Part shown: in pieces, positions 29,063 through 38,033 of the stretch | Layout of the letters: every line of letters begins with the position of its first letter | Position numbering within the stretch: position 1 is the first letter of the stretch | DNA from: an uncultured bacterium | GTDB lineage: Bacteria; Chloroflexota; UBA5177; JANWHV01 | Length of the DNA: 64,000 nucleotides | NCBI GenBank assembly: GCA_963729625.1 | Contig: CAVSOU010000007.1 | Coordinates: forward strand, 480,001-544,000 | Direction of reading: 5' to 3' | Translations under genes and position numbers: made by a program | Notes under the pieces: generated by a model | Told to the model about the DNA's origin: nothing | Database searches by the model: none | The model's input: only the letters and a program-made list of their open reading frames with translations

Positions 29063-31705
29063 ATGCAGAACACTATGCATGCAGCCAATTCGCCCCGCCA
29101 GCCACGCATCGGCGTGCTCAGTCCCTTCTTGGGCGACGAGTTCTTCGGCAATACACTGCTGGGCATTAACCGTGCCGCGCGGCAGGAGGGTAGTTGCGCG
29201 CTCGGGATCCAGACTCGGCCCCAATGGTGGCGCAATCATGAAACGACAGGCGCTGACTGCGGCCCCTTCATCCCCTATGCCATTGACCACGTCGACGCGG
29301 TCATCAGCATCACGGATGCTGCAACCGCCGACGACTTGCGGCAGCTACAGCTTTCTGGAAAACCGATAGTCACGATCTGCACCTTCTTGCCCGAGCTTGG
29401 CATTCCGGCAGTCTTCCCCGACAACCACTCCGGCATCTCCGCGGTCGTTCGTCACCTCATCGAACATGGCCATACGCGCATCGGTTTTGTCGGGTACATG
29501 CCCAATGATGACGTGCGGGAACGGTGGGAAGCCTATGTGGCCACACTGCGGAAGGCCGGTATTGAGCCCGATCCAAATCTTTGCTTTGAGGCTTCCGACT
29601 TGATTGAATCAGGTGGGGTCGTCGCCGCGAAAGCCCTGCTCGCCGCTGGGGTGCCCTGCACCGCACTCTGCGTCAGCACCGACCAGAATGCCCTCACGAT
29701 CATCTCGTGCATGCAGGAAGCGGGCTACAGGGTGCCGGAGGATCTGGCGGTTGTGGCGTTCGATGACGTGCAGGTCAGCGCGACCAGCGTGCCGTCGCTT
29801 ACCACCGTACATCAGTCCAATATTGAGATCGGTGCAGTGGCAGCCAGAATGGCGCTGGCACGACTGGCCGGTACGGATATCCCGCCTCGGAAGTATCTCG
29901 TTTCCTCCCAACCGGTTTTCAGGCAGTCGTGCGGCTGCTGGACTTTTGCCAGCGCGACGTCTCTCGCAATCGACAACAGCGATCGCATCCGCCACCGCAT
30001 CGAAGCGCTGCAGCATGCCCTGGTCGCCGAAGCGCTCCCGATCGCGGGCGAAGAGACAGTTGGCTATCCAGATGCGCCGCGTGCAGCTGCTGCGAGAATC
30101 GGGAGGGCACTTGCCAGAGTGGTGGCTGGCGGGCCTCTGCCCGCGCCGGGAGCGCTGAACAAGGCCTGGCGCGATATCTGCGCTGCCGGCACAAGCATTG
30201 AAGCTGTAAGCCGCGCGTTCGGTGTCTTGCAACGCGGTACCCAGGCTGTTCTCGAAACCGAACCCCACGACGCCTCCGCGCCGCTTCGGGTCCGGGAGTT
30301 CCTGGATGAGATGCGGACAGAGCTCCTGTACGCCGCGCGCCATCAATTTGTCGGGCGCGCCCTCGATCTAGAAACGATAAACGATCGAAACCACCAAACA
30401 AGCCTGCGACTGCTCGCGCCCGGCGACGGCAGCGCGCGCGACCTTGCCTGGCTCGCGGAAACGCTGGCTTCCGCGGGGTGCCTCGGCATCTGGCGCGACG
30501 ACGTGGTCGGCTCCGAGCTGATCATCTCCGGCATATTTCGACAAGGCAAAAGTGGGCTTGAGCGAATTGGCGATATCTGTAGCCCGACGGCATTTCCCCC
30601 TCTCGACGTGCTCGAGCCTGCGATGCGGGACAACCCGAACCAGATGATCATGATCGTGCCACTGCAAACCACCGACCACGATTGGGGCGCCCTGGCACTG
30701 CTGAGTCCGCCTGAGATTCAGGTGCTAACGGCCGACTCCGGGGTGTGGCAATGGACAGCTCCACTGATGGCCGCGCTCGCTCGCGAACGGCTGACACGGG
30801 AGCGTGAGCGCCTCATGCAACTCCTCGAGGAAAGCGAACGGCGGCGCACGCGCATGGAGCTCGAGCGCGAGCGTACAGAGAAGGACGTATACAGGTCGGC
30901 CGCGCTCCGCCTGGAGGACCTGAACCACCAGCTTGCGGAAACGAATCGTTTGAAATCAGAGCTGCTGGAACAATCCCAGACACAGGCCGCGGCAGCGCAG
31001 GATCTGGCCAGACTTCGCAGCGACTTCGTGGCCACGGTGAGTCACGAGCTCCGCACGCCACTTACGGCGATCGTCGGCTACGCGGAGCTGCTGCAGTCCC
31101 ATTGGGCGCAGCTTACGGACGAGGAGCGGCTTGAGCGGATCGATCGCATAGTCGCGTCGGCAAATCGCCAGCAACGACTGGTCGAAGACCTGTTGATCCT
31201 GAGTCGACTGGAGATCGGAGCCCTGGCGCCCAAAGTCAGGACTATACTGCTTGGCAGTCTGATCGAGCGCGCTGCGGACGAAGTGCGCTCAAGTTACCAT
31301 GGCCAGCAGATAGCCGTCGAAGGTCCCTCCTGGCTCCAGGTGCAGGCCGATCCTGACCGCTCCGTGCAGGTGCTCGTAAATATCATGGACAACGCCGCAA
31401 AGTACTCGCCGGAAGGCTCGCCCGTCCACATTCGCTTCGTGAAAGAAGGGGACACGGCCATTGTCCTCGTTCGGGACGAGGGCGCAGGTATTTCCGTCGA
31501 AGGGCGTGAACTCTTGTTCACTCGATTCGGCCGTGCAAGTGGCAGCCGGACGCGCGCCGGGCGTGTCGGCACCGGATTGGGCCTGCACCTCAGCCGGAGC
31601 CTTGCTCAAGCCATGGGCGGAGACCTCCGGCTCGAGTCGACCGGCCCCTCGGGGAGCGTGTTTCGCCTGACGCTGCCCCTGGCAGAGGACCGCCAGCCTG
31701 AGTAA
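29063..31705 (+). CDS. LacI-type ligand-binding domain-linker-histidine kinase
   Basis: N-terminal ~580 aa paralogous to 16614-20180; H-box SHELRTPL, N-box NIMDNAAKYS, DEGAG, GTGLGL; no TM segments. Confidence 0.92.
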   Translation: MQNTMHAANSPRQPRIGVLSPFLGDEFFGNTLLGINRAARQEGSCALGIQTRPQWWRNHETTGADCGPFIPYAIDHVDAVISITDAATADDLRQLQLSGKPIVTICTFLPELGIPAVFPDNHSGISAVVRHLIEHGHTRIGFVGYMPNDDVRERWEAYVATLRKAGIEPDPNLCFEASDLIESGGVVAAKALLAAGVPCTALCVSTDQNALTIISCMQEAGYRVPEDLAVVAFDDVQVSATSVPSLTTVHQSNIEIGAVAARMALARLAGTDIPPRKYLVSSQPVFRQSCGCWTFASATSLAIDNSDRIRHRIEALQHALVAEALPIAGEETVGYPDAPRAAAARIGRALARVVAGGPLPAPGALNKAWRDICAAGTSIEAVSRAFGVLQRGTQAVLETEPHDASAPLRVREFLDEMRTELLYAARHQFVGRALDLETINDRNHQTSLRLLAPGDGSARDLAWLAETLASAGCLGIWRDDVVGSELIISGIFRQGKSGLERIGDICSPTAFPPLDVLEPAMRDNPNQMIMIVPLQTTDHDWGALALLSPPEIQVLTADSGVWQWTAPLMAALARERLTRERERLMQLLEESERRRTRMELERERTEKDVYRSAALRLEDLNHQLAETNRLKSELLEQSQTQAAAAQDLARLRSDFVATVSHELRTPLTAIVGYAELLQSHWAQLTDEERLERIDRIVASANRQQRLVEDLLILSRLEIGALAPKVRTILLGSLIERAADEVRSSYHGQQIAVEGPSWLQVQADPDRSVQVLVNIMDNAAKYSPEGSPVHIRFVKEGDTAIVLVRDEGAGISVEGRELLFTRFGRASGSRTRAGRVGTGLGLHLSRSLAQAMGGDLRLESTGPSGSVFRLTLPLAEDRQPE

Positions 31706-32093
31706 TCGCGCTCCGTGGCGCGTACCCAAGTCGCACCTCGCCGGGCAGGGTACCTGCGGGCGCCGATGCCATATGGGTCAGTCGGCTGCAAGCAGTCCGC
31801 GGCCTGTCGAGCTAACGTAGCTCCCGTCGTGCCATCGCACGTGCCAGCGTTCACCCCATGCTTCCGCTGCGCGCGCGCAATCCTTGCAGTACTCGCCATT
31901 GCCCGACGGATCAGCCTGAGTGCCGCCGCACCGCTCGCAGACCCGCGCACCGCAGAAATCGCACCGACGCACATCACAGCACGAGCTTTCGGCATGACAA
32001 TACCTGCACCGCGCCCGATCAACCAGGCGGGTGGTTGGGGAGTTGGAGGGCCGTGTCCGCGGCGTACATCCTGCAGCCGGTCCTATACCCTGA

Positions 32094-32315
32094 GTTACCG
32101 CTTGCCCGCTTGACCTGTTTTCGGCCCGCTCCAAGAACCCGGTCTTGCGTCTGATCACATTGCTGCTCACAAACCCGGTGCTCTTCCGCCGAGAAGCGTA
32201 TTTGCGGTCCCACATCTACGGCGCTGCCATGGCACCGATGCGCAGCGACGCGGCGGCAGCCAATGCGCTGCCCTACCACGTCGTCCTTCTGGAAGACTGC
32301 CACGACGAACCTTAG
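32094..32315 (+). pseudogene. Possible decayed isochorismatase-family fragment
   Basis: Start-less frame reading LDLF...LITLLLTN...LPYHVVLLEDC, loosely like the C-terminal half of cysteine hydrolases. Confidence 0.25.
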
Positions 32316-32404
32316 GATCCTGAGGAACGGCTGTCAAGTAGGTTATGAAGAAACTCTACTCCAGGCTGCGCTTCCCAGTCTCTTCGTTCCCGCGGTTCCT
32401 GTGG

Positions 32405-33265
32405 TCAGGCGAGAATTACGTCTCGGTCTTGCGGCGTGTTGCACGCGATCAAGTCTTCGTCCAGGCTGGCGACGTGCGCCAGGGCGTCGATAGGCGAGGA
32501 CGGGAGCGCTCCACCGAAACGACGTTGTGCCAGGGCGCGTTGAAGCAGCGGCCTCATTGCGTCCGGTGCGAGCACTGACAGGCCCACGCGGACGCGTCCC
32601 CGAGCTCGGTCCGGCACGGCATACCGAACCGCCACCTCAGTCCGGTTGACCTCGTGCAGCATCAGGACCTCCACTTCGGCGCTGGTCGCCGCAAGGAGAT
32701 ACTGGCGATCGCTTTCCACACCAGCAGGCTCAGTGGCGATCACCATGGACAGCCCTCCCTCGCTGACGTCCACCACCTCGGCCCGCCAGACCTTGCCGCC
32801 GGCGTAGAGCCGGGCCGCGGCAGTGACGTGCCAGCGCTCGCTGGCACGCATGGACACCTCCAGGGCTGCGTCGGTTGGTCGCGTGAGCGCCCGCAGAGCG
32901 TCCAGGACATCGTCTCGCAAGGCGCAGGCCTCGCGCCGCGCGCGCCAGCGCTCCAGCACACCGTCGAGCTGCGAAGCCCTGGCGGCAAACTGGCCGCTGA
33001 CCCAAACGGCCGTGCCTGGGCGCTCGCGCGCCTCCCCTGCGTAGGCGGCAAAGCGCAGCCGCAGCACGGCGAGCGGCCCATCCTCTAGTGTGAGCAACAC
33101 GGCGTGGGCATCACCAATGCGGCGCGACGTCCATCGATGCCGGCGGCCAACGCTGGACGAGAAGCGCAGCAGCATCACCAATACAGATTCCGGCTCTGCC
33201 GCAATCGGCAGCACGATCGGAGTCAGCTCCTGCAGATGCCCGATGCCGGGCCTACCAGTCGTCAT
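32405..33265 (-). CDS. PilZ domain-containing protein
   Basis: RASER (RxxxR) and DVSEGG (DxSxxG) c-di-GMP-binding motifs; N-terminal half unassigned. Confidence 0.75.
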   Translation of the reverse strand: MTTGRPGIGHLQELTPIVLPIAAEPESVLVMLLRFSSSVGRRHRWTSRRIGDAHAVLLTLEDGPLAVLRLRFAAYAGEARERPGTAVWVSGQFAARASQLDGVLERWRARREACALRDDVLDALRALTRPTDAALEVSMRASERWHVTAAARLYAGGKVWRAEVVDVSEGGLSMVIATEPAGVESDRQYLLAATSAEVEVLMLHEVNRTEVAVRYAVPDRARGRVRVGLSVLAPDAMRPLLQRALAQRRFGGALPSSPIDALAHVASLDEDLIACNTPQDRDVILA

Positions 33266-33503
33266 AGGGATCCTCGCTCGTCTTCCATGGCCTTTCTACT
33301 ATATGCGAGGAACATCATGTTGCCAGTACCTATTTGGGCCATATGCAGTGCCCCCCCGCGCGGGGAATCGGCCGCGTCAGAAAGCCGATGGCGGGCGTCG
33401 CCAGCAGCCGCCGCGCGACAATTCCTTGACAGCCGTGGTCGCCCTGCTATTCCCAGGCGAGCCTGGCCAGGTCCCCGGCAAACATGGCCGCCAGTGGGAA
33501 GAC

Positions 33504-34109
33504 CTAGACAACGACGTTGCGGCGCCGGACCCGGCACCTTTCGGCTCGGATAATGCAGTCAATCTGGTCCACCGCCCGGTCGAGCTCATCGTGCTTGTTC
33601 ACCACCACGTAGTCGTAGCTCTCTACAGCGTCCATCTCGACGTAGGCGGTGAGCATCCGCTCCGCGATCTGCTGTTCGGTTTCCGTGTTTCTCTGCTTGA
33701 GGCGCTCGAGCAAATCATCGATGGATGGGGGCGCTAGGAAGATGAACACGGCTTCCGGCACCCGGCTCTTGACTTGCCGCGCCCCCTGAACGTCGATCTT
33801 GAGAAGCACGTCCGCGCCTTCTTCCAGTTGGGCGCGTACCTGAGTCCGCGGCGTACCGTAGCGATTTCCCGCTACGACTGCCGACTCGAGCAGTTCGTTC
33901 CGCTTGAACATCTCCGCGAACTCATCGGGAGAGAAGAAGAAGTAGTCCACCCCATGCTGTTCGTTCGGACGCCGCTGGCGTGTCGTCGCGGTAATCACGT
34001 GGTATATGTCCGTGCCGAGAGCCTTGAGGCGCTCGATTGCCGCATCTTTTCCCACGCCCGACGGGCCGGACAGGACGAAGAGCAGCCCGCCGGCTGCGGG
34101 TTCACTCAT
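33504..34109 (-). CDS. gmk: Guanylate kinase
   Basis: LSGPSGVGK, TATTR...E.HGVDYFF, YGTP, IDVQGA, FLAPPS. Confidence 0.96.
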   Translation of the reverse strand: MSEPAAGGLLFVLSGPSGVGKDAAIERLKALGTDIYHVITATTRQRRPNEQHGVDYFFFSPDEFAEMFKRNELLESAVVAGNRYGTPRTQVRAQLEEGADVLLKIDVQGARQVKSRVPEAVFIFLAPPSIDDLLERLKQRNTETEQQIAERMLTAYVEMDAVESYDYVVVNKHDELDRAVDQIDCIIRAERCRVRRRNVVV

Positions 34110-34380
34110 CAGGGTCGCTTTCCTCCAACGTGGCTGCCGGGTCTCCGAAACGTCGCACAACAGTTGTGGTCGGCAAGAAGCTCGCGACCATGTGCCCATC
34201 GTCAAGCACGACGACAGAACGCAGCTCGCGATGCTGGCTCACGTCGAGCAGCTTGCCAGAATCCTTGCCTTCTCGGATCACGCGCCGAATAGGCGCCGTG
34301 TTGCTCGCAAGGATCGCCACGACGCGGTGTGCCACCACGTAGTTCTGTGCGCCGACGTTCACCATTTCATTCTTGCCCAT
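34102..34380 (-). CDS. remA: DUF370 / RemA-like extracellular matrix regulator
   Basis: MVNVGAQNYVVAHRVVAI...PIRR...KLLD...RSVVVLDDGH; overlaps the gmk start, as in the known remA-gmk arrangement. Confidence 0.8.
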   Translation of the reverse strand: MGKNEMVNVGAQNYVVAHRVVAILASNTAPIRRVIREGKDSGKLLDVSQHRELRSVVVLDDGHMVASFLPTTTVVRRFGDPAATLEESDPDE

Positions 34381-34745
34381 TGCAGCCTCGCCTTCCTGCT
34401 TCGCCATCTTCAGGATCCTCCACTCGGCCCGCTGGAAACCACACGCATACGTCCATTATTGGCCGCTGAACCTGAATAATGCAATCAGTGCCGTTTTGGC
34501 TCGACCACGGTACCGAAACCCTTCAATGGTGCAGTGTGCCCTGGTCACACGCCGTCAATCGAGTGCTCTCCCGAATGCACGCCTCAAGAGGAAGATTGGA
34601 CGCCGACCTCGATGAAGACACGTGATTTCGTCGAAGCGCTCGAGATTTGCCGGCACAGAATGCGCGCGCGTCTCGCGCGTGATGGTCGGACGGGGAGAGC
34701 ATGCCACGCTCCGTACGAATAGGTGAAGCGTCTATACTTGGAAAT

Positions 34746-36509
34746 ATGCCATACGATTCGATCGTGACTCGGGCCGTCGCGGAAGATCTGCGACTCCATC
34801 TTGTCGGTGGCAGGGTCGACAAGGTCGTGCAGCCTGAGGAGCTCTCCGTCGCCTTGTTGCTGCGCGCCGAACATGCCAACCAGTGGCTGCTCATGTCTGC
34901 CCATGCGCAGCGCGCCACGGTGCGCCGAACGTTGTCTCGACAGGCGGCAGCATTCAGCGAGCCCACGCCTTTTGTCATGCTGCTGCGAAAGCACCTGGAA
35001 GGCGCAAGGCTGAGCGCGGTCTCGCAGGTTGGCGTCGACCGCGTGTTGCGCCATGTCTTCGTGCGCGGAGCGGATGAGACGGTGTTGATCGCCGAGATAA
35101 TCGGTCGGTACAGCAACGTAATCCTCACTGCGTCCGACTCGACGGTGCTTGGCGCCTTGAAGGTGGTGCGGTCCACCGAGAACCGTGTGCGCGTGATCGT
35201 GCCGCGAAAGCCATATGTTCCGCCGCCTGCGCCGATGCAGGCCCCTCCGTACCAAGAACGCGCGAAGCTAGATCCCATTCATGGTCTTGCCGGGGATCTT
35301 GCCGCCGCACTCAGCGGCATTGACCCAACAGCTTGCCTGTGGAAGTCGCTGCTCGACATCGTCGATGGATTGAGCCCCACGGTTGCACGCGAAACAGTGT
35401 TCCAGGTAACTGGCGCCGTCGACGCGCCCGTTGCACAGGCAGCCGGTCTTGCTCAGGCCTCCGCGCTGCTTGACATGACACGGATGCTGTACTCGCCTGC
35501 ACGCGGTCTCCCCTGCGCCGTTCGACAGGGCGAGAAGCTGCTGGACTTTGCCGCGTTCCCTCTGCACCATCGGGGCATCGCGCCGACGACCTATCCTGAC
35601 ATCACGACCCTGCTGGACGACGTTCAGTTTGCTCCTGACACAGGAGATGCCATGGCGGCGCGGCGGGGGCCGGTTGTGGCCACGGTCGAGATTTTGCGCA
35701 AGAATGCTCGGCGCAAGATTGCCTCGCTGCAGGGATCGCTTGTCGGCGAGTCCGTACTCGCGGACATGCGCGCGCGTGGCGAAATGGTGCTCGCCTACCA
35801 GCACGCGATCGAGGTCGGCGCGAAGGAGCTTGTGGTGCCTGACACGGCGATGAGATTCGCGCTCGACCCAGAGCTGACGCCAGTGGAGAATGCTCAGCGC
35901 TTCTTCAAACAGTATGGAAAGGCGCGCGATGCTGCCCGCGTGGTGCCCGCGCTGTTGGATGCCGCACGTCAAGAGCTCGAGTATCTCGACCAGCTGGCGG
36001 TGCACGCGACGGCTGCTGACGACCCCCAGTCTCTCGCCGCCGTGCGCGAGGACTTGCGCGAGCTCACTGCCACCCCGGAAGAGACCGCACAGCGCGCCAA
36101 GAAAGAGGCACAGCGCGCCAAGCGGGGTAAAGCGCGGAGGGGTACGCCTGCGATAAATCCGCTTCGGGTGCGAGCTTCCGACGGGAGCGAGATCCTGGTG
36201 GGGCGGAGCGCCAAGCAAAACGATGCCGTAACGTTTGACATGGCCGGCTCGCAGGACATATGGCTGCACGCGCGGCGCATCCCCGGCGCGCACGTGATCC
36301 TGCGCGCGGTCGGGCACCCGCCCGATCCCGCCGCCCTGCTGATGGCGGCGACCCTGGCCGCGGCCCACAGCCAGGCGCGGGGTGCTACCACTGTGCCGGT
36401 CGACTACACCCTGGTGCGCAATGTGCACCGTATCAAGGGAGCCAAGCCCGGACTCGTCTACTATTCGGGTGAGACGACGCTCAACGTCCGGCCGGACACA
36501 GCGGATTGA
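34746..36509 (+). CDS. rqcH: NFACT family ribosome quality control protein (RqcH/Rqc2, FbpA-like)
   Basis: F.MLLRKHLEG, DRVL, EIIGRYSNVIL, ENAQRFFKQY.K, VGRSAKQND, WLHARRIPGAHV, VDYT. Confidence 0.92.
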   Translation: MPYDSIVTRAVAEDLRLHLVGGRVDKVVQPEELSVALLLRAEHANQWLLMSAHAQRATVRRTLSRQAAAFSEPTPFVMLLRKHLEGARLSAVSQVGVDRVLRHVFVRGADETVLIAEIIGRYSNVILTASDSTVLGALKVVRSTENRVRVIVPRKPYVPPPAPMQAPPYQERAKLDPIHGLAGDLAAALSGIDPTACLWKSLLDIVDGLSPTVARETVFQVTGAVDAPVAQAAGLAQASALLDMTRMLYSPARGLPCAVRQGEKLLDFAAFPLHHRGIAPTTYPDITTLLDDVQFAPDTGDAMAARRGPVVATVEILRKNARRKIASLQGSLVGESVLADMRARGEMVLAYQHAIEVGAKELVVPDTAMRFALDPELTPVENAQRFFKQYGKARDAARVVPALLDAARQELEYLDQLAVHATAADDPQSLAAVREDLRELTATPEETAQRAKKEAQRAKRGKARRGTPAINPLRVRASDGSEILVGRSAKQNDAVTFDMAGSQDIWLHARRIPGAHVILRAVGHPPDPAALLMAATLAAAHSQARGATTVPVDYTLVRNVHRIKGAKPGLVYYSGETTLNVRPDTAD

Positions 36510-36620
36510 TGCGGCGGGCGCGGGGCACACCCCACAGCTAGCTCGCACGCCGAAACTCCTCTGCGTGAACGTCTAGATCTCCATCAATGACGTTCAACGT
36601 GCGGCCGGACTCAGTGGATT
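36476..36620 (+). repeat. Imperfect 32-bp direct repeat duplicating the rqcH 3' end
   Basis: 36476-36507 GACGCTCAACGTCCGGCCGGACACAGCGGATT versus 36589-36620 GACGTTCAACGTGCGGCCGGACTCAGTGGATT (28/32 identical). Confidence 0.8.
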
Positions 36621-36645
36621 ACGCCACACCGGCTGCCAAGGCACG

Positions 36646-37191
36646 CTACTTCGTCATCGCAGCGATCCACTCGCGCAGTTGCTTGTCCCACAGCGGCTCG
36701 TCGCGGAAGAACGCGCGCAACCATTCGCGCATCCTGGCAGTGTCGCGAGAAGTCGGGTCGAGCACGCGCGCGAAGTATTCGGCCAGCTTTCGGGAATTGT
36801 CCGAATGCCCGCGCACGACCGCATCCAGGAAGGCGGCAAACTTGTCGCGGTGTTTCGCGGTCTCGTACGGCCGCTTGAAGTAGTTGCTGGCGGTGCGCTC
36901 AACGCGCCTGCTGCGTCGGTCTTCAAGCCACTTGCCAAGCGGTGTGGCCGGCAACTTCTGAATCTGCTCACGGCGGATTGCGTCCACGGTTGTGTCCTCG
37001 AGCGGATCGACAGCCAGCGCATCCTGTTCGACGTCCAACACCTGGTGAACTTGCCGCCGAAACTTGCGGTTCGCCTGCTCCTTGACCGGGGTTGCATGCG
37101 GTGAAGGCTTCTTGCGTTGCTCCGCACGGATCACGTGATCGCGCGTGTACGAGAGTGCCTTCTTCTCCTGGGGCGCTTTGCGCTCAGACAT
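36646..37191 (-). CDS. Hypothetical basic protein
   Basis: 181 aa; GGGAGG RBS; gene-like codon usage; Lys/Arg-rich helical N-terminus (KAPQEKKALSYTRD). Confidence 0.7.
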   Translation of the reverse strand: MSERKAPQEKKALSYTRDHVIRAEQRKKPSPHATPVKEQANRKFRRQVHQVLDVEQDALAVDPLEDTTVDAIRREQIQKLPATPLGKWLEDRRSRRVERTASNYFKRPYETAKHRDKFAAFLDAVVRGHSDNSRKLAEYFARVLDPTSRDTARMREWLRAFFRDEPLWDKQLREWIAAMTK

Positions 37192-37340
37192 TCGTGCCTC
37201 CCCTGTACGAACTCAACTGCGAAACCCCTGTCGATGCCTATTCCTCGCAACCCTCCCCCTCTATCTTCCATCGTTCCGGCGATAAAGCATAGGACATCGC
37301 TTATCTCCGACGAGCAGCTAACAATCAATGCCGCTTATCT

Positions 37341-37904
37341 TCACGCCACGCTATTGGTTTCGGCAAGGGCGGCCTCACCTGATGGGCTCGCGGGATGAAG
37401 CTTCTGGGCCGCGGGCCTGAACACGAAGCGTTTCGAGACCACGAAGTTCATTGAGAACGCAGCGATGATGCCGGCCGCGTCCGCCGGCAGGTAGTGCAGG
37501 CCGGCATGCATGAGCAACGAGAACGCGTAAATGTTCACGATGAGGCCTGCCAGCGAGCTTATCTGCGCCTTCACCGCGCGAATCGGCCAGTCCCAGCCCC
37601 GGAGATGTGTCTGCTCATGATAGGTAAACTTCTGGTTGCCGTAGAAGTTGATCAGGGTGCTGCAGATGAACGCCAGGGTCCAGGACAGCTTCATCGGAGC
37701 GCCTAGTAGCGCGTAGAAGAACCACAGGAAGCCCATGTTGATCGGGATGCCGACACCGCCGACAAGAGCAAACCGGATCGCTCGGGCTGCGAGCAGTCTC
37801 CGCGCTATGGCCGGCCATCCACGACGTAGCAAGCCCACCAACACCTCCTGTATTGCGCCGGAGTCCGTTGTGGGAGCACCGTACCACAGGGATGAACCCT
37901 TCAC
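37341..37904 (-). CDS. GtrA family membrane protein
   Basis: RFALVGG...NFYGNQKFTY...NFVVSKRFVF with four TM segments; start uncertain. Confidence 0.85.
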   Translation of the reverse strand: MKGSSLWYGAPTTDSGAIQEVLVGLLRRGWPAIARRLLAARAIRFALVGGVGIPINMGFLWFFYALLGAPMKLSWTLAFICSTLINFYGNQKFTYHEQTHLRGWDWPIRAVKAQISSLAGLIVNIYAFSLLMHAGLHYLPADAAGIIAAFSMNFVVSKRFVFRPAAQKLHPASPSGEAALAETNSVA

Positions 37905-38033
37905 AATCCCCGTTTTGTACTCAGGGCCATGCCGAGCCTCAAGGTAATGCGGGAATGCGCGCCGGGGAGATTCCGGTACGCGCCGTGAGCGGGGGGGGTC
38001 TCACGCGTGGAGTCGGTTTGCCGTTTGCACGAC

